A stretch of DNA of 64,000 bases from an uncultured bacterium (GTDB taxonomy: Bacteria > Krumholzibacteriota > Krumholzibacteriia > Krumholzibacteriales > Krumholzibacteriaceae), in the NCBI GenBank assembly GCA_963747385.1, contig CAVVEY010000014.1, positions 6,590 to 70,589 on the forward strand, in the 5' to 3' direction. Every line of letters starts with the position of its first letter. Positions within the stretch are counted from its first letter, which is position 1. Positions 27,775 to 36,410 of this stretch are shown one piece after another. The notes below the pieces were generated by a model. It had not been told where the DNA came from and made no database searches. It worked only from the letters and a program-made list of their open reading frames with translations. The position numbers and the translations under genes are program-made.

Positions 27775-28992
27775 ATGGCTCGATCGCTCACGCATCTCGC
27801 GCTCGCGCTCGCCGTCCTTACGCTTCTCGCGGGAGGCTGCGCGAGGCGCGAGGGAACTTCCGCGCTCTTCATCCTCGAGGAGCTCGAAACGGCGTCCGCC
27901 GTCAAGGACGCCCCGACGCGGGTCGAACGTCTCTCGATCTTCATCGGCAATCACCCGGATCACCCCTACCGGTTCGTCGCGTACAACCGGATGTTCGAGA
28001 CGCTCGGGACCGAGATGAAGGACGAAACGGGAATGGAGGCGCGCCTTGCCGGGGCGCTGAAGAAGGAAGCGGATTTCGTTTCGCGAGGCGAGCTGCTTCT
28101 CGGCAAATTCATCCGTCTCATGGAAAAGGACAACTCCGCGGCGGCGGCGTTCGCCGACTCCCTTTTCCTGACCGAACGCTCGCCGCGGCTCTTTCTCATT
28201 ATGGGCTACTATCTCATGGATCCGAAGGCCGATCAGGATCTCGCCGTGAAGTGCTTCCTCCGGTCGGCCGATCTTTCGACCGGCGCGTACGAGAAGGGAC
28301 AGGCGCTCGCCATGGCGGGCTCCGCGCTCGAGGAGCGGGGGAAGAGGGACGAGGCGAAACGGTATCTCGCTATGGCCGCCGGCAATCCCGAGGCCGATAT
28401 GCTCATGGGGAGGATACTCTGGGAGGAAGGCAAGCGCGCGGAGGCCCTCGACGCGTACGTCTCGTGCGCCGCTCATATGCCGGGCGCGAGAGCCACGACG
28501 AAGCTCGACAGCCTGTACGCGCTCGCTGGTCCCGGCGCGAAGGATCTCGGCGAGGCCATCATGGCGCGGCGGATCGGCGACGCGGGCCCGATGCCGGAAG
28601 GCATATTCGTCGATCTCGACGGGAAAGCCCATGATCTATCGAAGCTGAAGGGCACGAAGATCGTGCTCTACGCCCTGAGCCCCACTTGAATGCCCTGCGT
28701 TGCGGAGTTTCCGCAACTCGAGCGGCTCTACGGGCGGGAAAAGGAGCTCGGCTTCAGATTTCTCGGCCTCGAGGTCAAGGGCATGCTCGCCAGGATGCGC
28801 GACGTCGTGAAGGATAAGAAGACGACCTTCCCGATCCTGCTCGACGACCGCCGTCTCGCGCGCGAAGTCCTTCAAATTCCGGGGACGCCGACGACCTTCG
28901 TGGTCGACGCTCGGGGGAGAATACGCGCGCGGCTCATCGGCGCGGCGGAAGATATCGACGAAACTATCGCGGAAGTGCTGAAGAGGATCTGA
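27775..28992 (+). CDS. Exported (probable lipoprotein) helical/TPR-like protein with C-terminal TlpA/redoxin domain; in-frame TGA 28687-28689 predicted to encode selenocysteine (UxxC)
   Basis: ORFs 27775-28689 and 28690-28992 are in the same frame and separated only by TGA. The joined sequence reads ...DLDGKAHDLSKLKGTKIVLYALSPT-U-MPCVAEFPQLERLY..., which matches the redoxin WCxPC context. A SECIS-like hairpin lies 9 nt downstream. Confidence 0.7.
28699..28718 (+). promoter_or_regulatory. Candidate bacterial SECIS hairpin
   Basis: GTTGCGGA-GTTT-TCCGCAAC is a perfect 8-bp stem. The apical loop starts with GU and begins 18 nt after the UGA. Confidence 0.55.
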
Positions 28993-28994
28993 GG

Positions 28995-29100
28995 GAAAAA
29001 ATTCGGGGTTCCCGTCTTGAAGCTGTGGCCAAGGTGCTGTGCTGCATGTCCTGACGGGAACCCCTTCTTGTCTCTCCCGGTCTCTTTTTTTTGTGAGACC
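28995..29100 (-). ncRNA. Candidate small RNA or structured 3' element in an AT-rich intergenic island (speculative)
   Basis: On the minus strand, TTGACT (29134-29129), a 16-nt spacer and TATATT (29112-29107) are followed by hairpin GGTCTC-A8-rich loop-GAGACC. Next comes a 12-bp stem GGGGTTCCCGTC/GACGGGAACCCC (29005-29064) followed by GAATTTTTT. Confidence 0.25.
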
Positions 29101-29327
29101 TGCTTTAATATAACACGAAATCATTTCTAGTCAATAATTATTCTTCTATTTCTCAATGAATTTTTCTATCTCGCAAGTGTTTGTCGTATAATGCGTTATA
29201 TGTAGACCGGGGCGGCGTTTTTGCGATAATAGGGTATACTACCTATATGTGGAAAAGTGTCGAATCGTTCCGGATTCAGGCCGCGCCCGCAAGTCGGTGC
29301 GCCGCCGCGGGAGCGACGTTCCAGACG

Positions 29328-30725
29328 TCAGGCGAGATCAAACTCCTCCTCCGGAAACGGGATGTGAACGGGAAAGCCTCTTTCGGCGAGATGCGCGGAC
29401 AGCTTCTCGGACTGGTCTTCCTCCCCGTGAACGATGAAGACCTTTTTCAGACGGCCCTTGAGCGGCGCGACGTAATCGACGAGATCCTGCTGATCCGCGT
29501 GCGCGCTGAAGGCGTTCATGACGACGACCTGCGCCCTGAGCGCGTGCTCCTCCCCGAATATTCTCACCACAGGCTCGCGCTCGACGATCCTTCTCCCGAG
29601 GGTGTGTCGCGCGGCGTAACCGACGATGAGGATCGTGTTGGCCGGATTCCCGATGTTGTTCCGCAGATGGTGGAGAATGCGCCCCGCTTCGCACATCCCC
29701 GACGCCGAGATGATGATCATGGGCCTCGGGTCTCCGTTGAGCTTCTTCGAGTCGACGACGTCGGTGACGTACTTGATCCGCTTCGTGCCGAACGGATCGT
29801 CGTTGGCGCGGATGCGCCGGAGCGTCTCCTCGTCGAAGCACTCCTCGTGCCGCCTGAACACCTCGGTGATATCGACGGCGAGCGGGCTGTCGACGAATAT
29901 GGGGATCTCCGGAATGCGGTTTTGCTCTATGAGCATGCTCAGGAAATAGACGACCTCTTGCGTCCGCTCGAGCGCGAACGAGGGAACGATGATCTTCCCC
30001 TTGCGCTCGACGGTCGCGCGGACCGTCCTCGCGAGCGTCTCCGCGGCTTCCTCCATCGACGCGTGGCTCCGGCCGCCGTACGTGCTCTCGAGGATCAGGT
30101 AATCGACGTCGGGCGGCGTTTCGGGATCCCTGAGGATAGGCATGTGCTTCCTGCCGAGATCGACGGCGTACGCGAGCCGCGTCACGGCGCCGTTTTCCCG
30201 CATCTCGACGAGCGGCGTCGCCGATCCGAGCACGTGCCCGGCGTCGTAGAAGGTCGCCGTTACGCCGTCCGCGACCTCGAACGGCACGTGGTACCGGTAG
30301 CCGCGGAAGCGCCTGAGCGCCGCCTCGGCGTCCCTGCGCGTATAGAGCGCTGAGCGGGGCGGGAGCCGCTTCTCGCGACGGAGCTTGTTGACGAACCTGA
30401 TGTCCTCTTCCTGGATATGCCCGCTGTCGGGAAGCATCTCCCCGCAGAGGTCCCGGGTCGCCTCGGTCGCGTAGATGCTCCCGGAGAAACCGCGTTTCAC
30501 GAGGCTCGGGATATTGCCGCTGTGGTCGATATGCGCGTGGGAGAGGATGCATGCGCCGAGCTCGCGCGGATCGAAGGGGAAGCGGGAGTTTTTTTCGAAC
30601 GATTCGTCGCGTCTCCCCTGGAACAGCCCGCAGTCGATGAGGATCCTGGAATTACCGAGCGAGATCATGTGCATGGAGCCCGTGACCGTTCTCGCCCCGC
30701 CGAGGAATTTTATCCGTGCGCTCAA
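29328..30725 (-). CDS. MBL-fold metallo-hydrolase with beta-CASP/RNA-specificity domain (RNase J/CPSF-like)
   Basis: TTG start (MSARIKFLGGARTVTGS) after AAGGGGG. Contains HAHIDHSG, YDAGHVLGS, ESTYGG and FSAHAD. In the ORF track it is fused in frame to the upstream gene. Confidence 0.85.
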   Translation of the reverse strand: MSARIKFLGGARTVTGSMHMISLGNSRILIDCGLFQGRRDESFEKNSRFPFDPRELGACILSHAHIDHSGNIPSLVKRGFSGSIYATEATRDLCGEMLPDSGHIQEEDIRFVNKLRREKRLPPRSALYTRRDAEAALRRFRGYRYHVPFEVADGVTATFYDAGHVLGSATPLVEMRENGAVTRLAYAVDLGRKHMPILRDPETPPDVDYLILESTYGGRSHASMEEAAETLARTVRATVERKGKIIVPSFALERTQEVVYFLSMLIEQNRIPEIPIFVDSPLAVDITEVFRRHEECFDEETLRRIRANDDPFGTKRIKYVTDVVDSKKLNGDPRPMIIISASGMCEAGRILHHLRNNIGNPANTILIVGYAARHTLGRRIVEREPVVRIFGEEHALRAQVVVMNAFSAHADQQDLVDYVAPLKGRLKKVFIVHGEEDQSEKLSAHLAERGFPVHIPFPEEEFDLA

Positions 30726-30754
30726 CGGCGCCCCCTTTTCTGGATGTACGATTC

Positions 30755-32612
30755 CTAGATATACGATTCGAGCGTCAGCGACAGCGTCGATCTCTTCCCG
30801 CCTCGCGAAGATCTCGATTCCGTACTTCGTGCCTTCCTTCGCCTCGAAAAGCGCCATGATCTCGCGGATGCTCTTGAACCGGCCCGCGCTCGTGCCCGCG
30901 ATCTTCACGATGACGTCCCCGGGCCGGAACCCGGTGCGCGCGGCCGGCGAATCGGGCAGGACCGAAACGACGACGACGCTCCCGTTCTCCTTCCGCGCGA
31001 GCTGGAGCCCCGATCGATCCGGGTAGGACGTCTCTTCGAAGCGCGCGTTCTTTTCGAGGAGCACGCGCTGCTTTCCGTAGTCGAGCGTCACGGTGAAGCG
31101 CTCGAGGATGTCGTTTCCGACGATCCCGTCGACGTTCTCGAGAACGCCGATCCCCTTCATGCTCCGCGCGATCGCGAAAACGGGCCTCGCGATCGTGAAT
31201 CCCCCCAGGCTCAGGGAATCGAACCTGCAGAGCGACGCCGTTTCGTCGCCCCCGGCGCCGCGGATCGCCATGGGAAGCGTCCGCCGGCCTCCGGCGATCC
31301 CCGTTCTTCCGGCGAAGCTCGCGTGGAGAATCGAGCTGTTCGCGCCCGTATCGAGGTAGAACACGGCCTTCGTCGTGTCGAGCGAGGCGCTGAGCGTGAA
31401 TATGTTGTGAACGAGAGGGGCCTCGACGATCCGCTCGCCGCCGCGCGGCGAGAAAGAGTCGGGTTCGGCGAAGGTGATGATCGAACGCTCGAAGTCTATC
31501 CGCGTGACGAAGCGGCTGAGAAAATCGTAGCCGAGCACGCCGCCGATCTCGATCTCCTCGAATTTCCTCAGGAGGCTCGAGACCGGGAACGCGGCGGCGA
31601 TCTGTTCCGAGAGCTCGATTCCCCCGATCGTGAGCCCCGGCACGCGCGTCATGTGAAAATCGGCCATCCCGCCGGCTCCCGCCCCCGGGATCGTGCCGCC
31701 GAGAGGAAGCCCCATCTCCGCGGCGACGACGGAATCGATGACGGTCATGCTCGCGCCCGAGTCGAGAAGAAAATAGAGTTCACCTTCGCGGCCGGCGATG
31801 CGCGCGCTCAGGTAGATGTGCCGGGATCGATACTCGAAGGGAAGCTCTTCCGCCGCTCCGCCGCGCGTGAACCGGTAGTCTTTCACGTCCGCCGCCGGCG
31901 GCAGGAATATCACGGGGTCCATGCCCTCGTTCGCCGCGATCGAGCGGTACCGCATCTCGATTCGCTGGCCGAGCGCCGGCATCTCCATTCTCACGAAGAA
32001 CGGGAACATGACTCCCCCCACGCGGCGGTAATCCCCGTACGTTTGAACGGTGTTTCCCTCGCTCGCCCTGATCTCCAGACGCTCGAGGAGAAAGGTCGAA
32101 TCGTCGAGGAAGAGCCGGGCGCTCGCGCCCCCGTCGACCCTGAGCGCGAGAACCTCGCATGGAGAGCCGTTCGCCGTGTCCCTTCCGGCCGCTTCGAGCG
32201 CGAAGCCGGTTCCCTCGAAGAGGTAGTCCCAGCTTTCGAGAAGGCACATCGTCTTCTGGTACTCGAGCGAGGAGCGGTCCCGCCTGATCTGGAGCTTGCC
32301 GTTCGGATCGATCATCCAGAGGCGCTCGCCGTCGTATCCCTCCCGGACCTTGAAGAAGCCGAGCGTTACCTCGCTGTACGAAAGGCACGGCAGGAGACTC
32401 CAGGACTCCACGGTGCCCTTGAGTCCGGTCCCCATGATCTCGATTTCCGCGGACGAGGCGAGGGACCTGATCGCGCCGACGGCCCGGGCTCCGCCGAGCG
32501 CCTCGATGTGTTTCGCGAGAAGCGCCCCGGCATCTCCGTCCGCCGCGGAAAAGGCGGGAGCGGATGCGGCGAGCGTCACTGCAGCCAGTATAGAGATGAG
32601 CGAATTTCTCAT
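30755..32612 (-). CDS. Secreted protein with two retropepsin-like aspartic protease domains and a C-terminal PDZ domain; frame broken once near 30798
   Basis: ATG 32612 after AGGAGA, with signal peptide ...AASAPAFSA. Contains LLDSGAS and YLDTGAN, and PDZ motif VSVLPDSPAARTGFRPGDVIVKIAG. After ...YGIEIFAR, skipping one base gives GKRSTLSLTLESYI* (TAG 30757-30755). Confidence 0.75.
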
Positions 32613-32677
32613 AGTGTTCTCCTGCAAACGAGCCGTTTCATGATAGCGCGGCGAGGGGCTGGAACGGTAGATATTCA

Positions 32678-32706
32678 TTGAATATTTCCAGTGTTTATGA
32701 TACAAT
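32678..32706 (+). promoter_or_regulatory. Sigma70-like promoter upstream of 32787 gene
   Basis: TTGAAT (32678-32683), 17-nt spacer, TACAAT (32701-32706). Confidence 0.4.
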
Positions 32707-32710
32707 GCCC

Positions 32711-32734
32711 ATGAGAATTAAGATTAATTCTCAT
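32711..32734 (+). promoter_or_regulatory. Perfect 11-bp inverted repeat immediately downstream of the -10 box (operator-like)
   Basis: ATGAGAATTAA-GA-TTAATTCTCAT. It is AT-rich in a GC-rich genome and positioned at about +5 to +28. Confidence 0.5.
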
Positions 32735-32786
32735 ATGTTAAGCGGAGGGGAAATCCTCACAACTTATTATTCAGGAGGGGAATGCA

Positions 32787-33460
32787 ATGAAAGCATTGCA
32801 CATAGGGGTCCTCGCAGGACTGGTTCTTCTCGCCTCGAGCAGCGCGCTTCTGGCGGATCCGTGTCTCGTCGTCTATCCCGACGCGCCGTGCATCTATCAG
32901 TATAGCCCGAGCGAATATTACACCGTCGGGCCCGGGCATCCGCTCTACGACGCTCAGTACGACCGGGGAGGCCAGGTCCTGCTCGAAATCGGCACAAACG
33001 AGGTCGATCTCAGCATCTACCAGGCGCCGCACATCACCGGCTTCGTGGCCACGTACGACGGGGACGAGGGATATATCTTCGGCGGCACGACCTTCAATCT
33101 CATCATCGACGGTTTCTCGAATGTGCCGACGACCTATCCGGACGTTCTCGTGATTTTCGATAAGGTCGTGCCCTCGGGCTGCGTCCCCGAGCTTACGGTC
33201 AACGGGATGCCCGTCACGGGAGGCATCTATCACGCTCGGCGATCTCGTCGTTTCGACGCCGTCCGGAAGCCACTACTCTGACACGAAGACGATCTGGATC
33301 GACTGGCGCGGATGCTACGGCGTCCGTATCTGGGCGTTCGCGGACGCCGACCACGACCACAAGCGCGACGGCGGCGAATGCTTCACCGCGTTTTCGCACG
33401 ACCTCACGATCCCGACGCGCGAGACGACGTGGGGCGGCATAAAGGAATCTGTACCGGTAG
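32787..33460 (+). pseudogene. Secreted protein with an unrelated N-terminal domain but a WGGIK-type tail; frame broken near 33225 and possibly at 33448
   Basis: ATG after GGAGGGG, with signal peptide ...LLASSSALLA. Frame 0 degrades at ...GGIYHARRSRRF. Frame +1 continues as LGDLVVSTPSGSHYSDTKTIWIDWRGCYGVRIWAFADADHDHKRDGGECFTAFSHDLTIPTRETTWGGIKE. Skipping T 33448 gives ...IKELYR* (TAG 33458-33460). Otherwise the frame runs to TAG 33511-33513. Confidence 0.55.
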
Positions 33461-33525
33461 GGATTGCGCCGCCGCGCCGGGCGCGGCGCGCGCGGCCGAT
33501 ACTCGGACGATAGAGAGAGAATGGC

Positions 33526-34869
33526 TCAGGTACCGCTCAGAGTCATTCTCTCTATTTTTATGGTGGGAGCGGCGATCGCGCTTCTCCAGTCCATGTCGTT
33601 TCCGACCATGACGATTCCGGACAGCATCGCGGGGAACGAGCTCGCGATCGTGAACTCGTCGACCGGATAGGACAGCTCGCCGTTTTCGATCCAGAACCCC
33701 TGGGCGCCTTGCGAGAAATCCCCCGTCATCCAGTTCGCGCCCGGACCCGAGAGCGTGGTGAGGTACAGCCCCTGGCTCACGCTCGAGAGAATCTCCCGCG
33801 GCGTCGAGGCTCCGGGCTCGAGATAGAGATTCGAGATTCCCCCCGCGTTTCCCGTCGTCTTGAATCCGAGCTTTCTCCCCTGGTAGCTGCTGAGAAGGTA
33901 GCTCTTGAGGATTCCGCCTTCGATGGGGACGTTCCTCCTCGATCGCACTCCCTCGAAATCGAAGGGGCGGGAGCCGAGCTTTCCCGGCATGAGAGCGTCG
34001 TCGACGATGGTGACGAGGGGAGAGCCGATGCGCGTTCCCAGGCGATCGACGAGGAAGGAAGACTTCCGGTAGATGCTCCCTCCGCCGAGGGCGCCGGCGA
34101 TCGACTCGAAGAAGTCGCGGGTCGTTTCGGGATCGAGCACGACCGGCACCTCGCACGTTTTCGGTTTTCGCGCCCCGATCTTGCGGAGCGTGCGCGATAC
34201 GGCCCTGGATGCGATCTCCTCGACGCGCTCGAGATCGCGCGCGCGGATCGCGGTGGAATACCAGTACGAGGATTGGCGTTTCCCGATGTTCAGGCCGTTC
34301 TCGGGCCTGTCCTCGACGGCGCAGGAGAGGGCGAGCGTATTGAACGTCCGCCGGTACGTGTCGCAGAAGCCGAGCGAGTTCGCGAACGCGATCGTTTTCT
34401 CGCTGTTCGAGAACGAGCTTCCGTCGGGGATGATTCTCTTGTCCAGGCCGAGGGCGTTCCGCTCGAGCTCGAGGGCGAGAGCGATCTTCCGCTCCGTCGG
34501 CATCGCGTGGGCCTCGGGATCGAAGAGATCGAGATCCCCCTCCGCCGCGCCGAGCTCGGACGCGTCGGGGAGGGAGAAGAACTCGTCGCGGTCCATGATC
34601 CGGGCGAGCTCGACCCCCGCGGCGATGAGCGCGGCCACGCTTTCCTCGGAGAGATCGCTCGACGAGACGAGCGCCTTGCGGCGGTCGATCGAGAGCTCGA
34701 TGTCGATCGTGCTCGAGACCGATTCGATGAGCTTTTCGATGGAGCCCTTGCGCACTTCGACCGAGAATTCCATCCGTTCGAGCACGGTGGCCTCGGATGT
34801 CTCGGCTCCGGCCGCGAGGGCGCGGCGCACGGTGCGCTCGGCGAATCGTTTCATTTCGTCGGTGGTCAC
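33526..34869 (-). CDS. pmbA: PmbA/TldE metalloprotease subunit
   Basis: 447 aa of the TldD/PmbA family, with ...GGISNLYLEPG and FWIENGELSYPV, adjacent to tldD. Confidence 0.9.
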   Translation of the reverse strand: MTTDEMKRFAERTVRRALAAGAETSEATVLERMEFSVEVRKGSIEKLIESVSSTIDIELSIDRRKALVSSSDLSEESVAALIAAGVELARIMDRDEFFSLPDASELGAAEGDLDLFDPEAHAMPTERKIALALELERNALGLDKRIIPDGSSFSNSEKTIAFANSLGFCDTYRRTFNTLALSCAVEDRPENGLNIGKRQSSYWYSTAIRARDLERVEEIASRAVSRTLRKIGARKPKTCEVPVVLDPETTRDFFESIAGALGGGSIYRKSSFLVDRLGTRIGSPLVTIVDDALMPGKLGSRPFDFEGVRSRRNVPIEGGILKSYLLSSYQGRKLGFKTTGNAGGISNLYLEPGASTPREILSSVSQGLYLTTLSGPGANWMTGDFSQGAQGFWIENGELSYPVDEFTIASSFPAMLSGIVMVGNDMDWRSAIAAPTIKIERMTLSGT

Positions 34870-34885
34870 GGCGCGCTTCTCCTTC

Positions 34886-36307
34886 TCAAGAGCCTATCTC
34901 GCTCCCGCCCACGGTGATTTCCGAAATCTTGATCGTCGGCAGGCCGACGCCGACGGGAACGTGCTGCCCCTTGCCGCAGGTCCAGCGGCCGTCCGAGATC
35001 TGGAGGTCGTTGCCGACCATGGTCACCTTCGAGAGGACGTCGGGGCCGTTTCCGATGATGGTGAGGTTCTTGACCGGCGCCGCGACGCGGCCGTTCTCGA
35101 CCAGGTACGCCTCCACCGGCACGAACACGAAATCGCCGTTCGAAATATCCACCTCGCCGCCGCGGAACGATTTGCAGAAAATGCCCCGGCGCGTCGAGCG
35201 GAGGATCTCCTCGGGATCGCTCTCGCCGTTCGCGAGATAGGTCACCGTCATGCGCGGGGCGGGCGGGTGCTTGTACGATTCGCGGCGTCCGTTCCCCGTC
35301 GGAGGCACGTCGAACAGCTCGGCGCTGATGCGATCGTGCATGAAGCCGCGCAGAATCCCCTTATCGATGAGCACGGTGGAAGACGATACGGTTCCCTCGT
35401 CGTCGAAATTGATCGAGCCGCGGTCGTTCGGGATCGTGCCGTTGTCGATGACGGTCACGAGGTCGCTCGCGACCTTGTGACCGATGCGGTTCGTATAGGC
35501 CGACGTGCCCTTCCGTATGAAATCGGCCTCGAGCGGGTGCCCGACCGTTTCGTGAAGGAGAACGCCCGATTCGGCGTGAGAGAGGATGAGCTCCATGGGC
35601 CCCGCGGGAGCGTCGGCCGCCCCGAGGAGGAGGATCGCCTGGCGCGCCGCCTCGCGGCCGTGTTCGGCCGGCGATATCCGGGTCGCGAAGTACTCGTTCC
35701 CGATTCTTCCGCCGCCGCTCGAGGTGCCGACCTGGCGGTTGCCGTTCGCTTCGGCGACGACGTTCACGACGAATCGCAGCATGGGGCGCATGTCGCGCAG
35801 GATTCTCCCGTCCGAGGTCGCGATCTGCACCGCGCTCAGGTCGTCCGCGATCGAGACGCTCACCTTGACGATGCGCGGATCGAACTCGCGGGCCGCGCGC
35901 TCCGCTTCCTCGATCCACGCGATCTTCCGTTTCAGGGGGGTTCCCGTCGTCGGTTCCCCGATCGGGTAGCGGTTCGCGAAGGGAACGCTTGCGAGCGCCA
36001 CGGGGCCGACGTCCGCTTTCCCCGCGGAGATCGCCGCCGCCGTAAGGGCGGCTTCCTTCATCTTCTCGAACGTGGCGTCTTCCGTGTAGGCGTACCCCGT
36101 CCCCTCGCCCTTCACGACCCTGATCCCCATCCCGTGCGCGATCACCAGCTCCCCCTGCTTGACGATCCCTTCCTCCATCGTGATCTGGTTGAGCATCGTG
36201 TGCTCGAAGAAAAGGTCGCAGAAGGATCCGCCGCGCGAGAGGGCGAACGAGAAGATCTTCTGCATCGTCCCCTCGTCGACACCGAAATGGTCCTTATAGG
36301 GAAGCAA
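34886..36307 (-). CDS. tldD: TldD metalloprotease
   Basis: 473 aa with GMGIRVV, HETVGHPLEADF (HExxxH) and GNGRRESY. Confidence 0.9.
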   Translation of the reverse strand: MLPYKDHFGVDEGTMQKIFSFALSRGGSFCDLFFEHTMLNQITMEEGIVKQGELVIAHGMGIRVVKGEGTGYAYTEDATFEKMKEAALTAAAISAGKADVGPVALASVPFANRYPIGEPTTGTPLKRKIAWIEEAERAAREFDPRIVKVSVSIADDLSAVQIATSDGRILRDMRPMLRFVVNVVAEANGNRQVGTSSGGGRIGNEYFATRISPAEHGREAARQAILLLGAADAPAGPMELILSHAESGVLLHETVGHPLEADFIRKGTSAYTNRIGHKVASDLVTVIDNGTIPNDRGSINFDDEGTVSSSTVLIDKGILRGFMHDRISAELFDVPPTGNGRRESYKHPPAPRMTVTYLANGESDPEEILRSTRRGIFCKSFRGGEVDISNGDFVFVPVEAYLVENGRVAAPVKNLTIIGNGPDVLSKVTMVGNDLQISDGRWTCGKGQHVPVGVGLPTIKISEITVGGSEIGS

Positions 36308-36346
36308 GCTCTCCTACCTCCGTGCGGGGAGAATCATGCGCGTCTA

Positions 36347-36375
36347 TTGCTCGTCGATTGTTGAACGGCTATAAT
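36347..36375 (+). promoter_or_regulatory. Sigma70-like promoter upstream of the M28 peptidase gene
   Basis: TTGCTC-17 nt-TATAAT, about 36 nt upstream of GTG 36411. Confidence 0.4.
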
Positions 36376-36410
36376 AGAGAGTATCGGGCGATTTGGGAAG
36401 GAATATTCGG

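Noticed and set aside
24741-27950. Long minus-strand ORFs 24741-26432 and 26604-27950 opposite the GT4-N, degT and glycosyltransferase genes.
   Set aside because: Both are Arg/Asp/Pro-rich shadow ORFs. The plus-strand genes carry PLP and GT motifs.
28687-28692. Alternative reading: TGA is a genuine stop and ATG 28690 starts a separate 100-aa protein.
   Set aside because: That would split a single redoxin fold exactly at its CxxC motif, leaving the beta1 strand in one protein and the rest in another. There is also no RBS upstream of the ATG. I keep it as the null hypothesis to be tested, not as my preferred call.
29005-29064. Considered whether the 12-bp stem with a 36-nt loop could be an SRP (4.5S) RNA or another known housekeeping RNA.
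   Set aside because: There is no GNRA tetraloop or the conserved domain IV motifs (GGAA loop with flanking AGCA/GUCAGG symmetric loops) in a foldable arrangement. The loop contains direct rather than inverted repeats.
34073-36364. 763-aa plus-strand ORF opposite pmbA and tldD.
   Set aside because: It is antisense to two genes with unmistakable TldD/PmbA signatures and has low-complexity R/A/S-rich composition.
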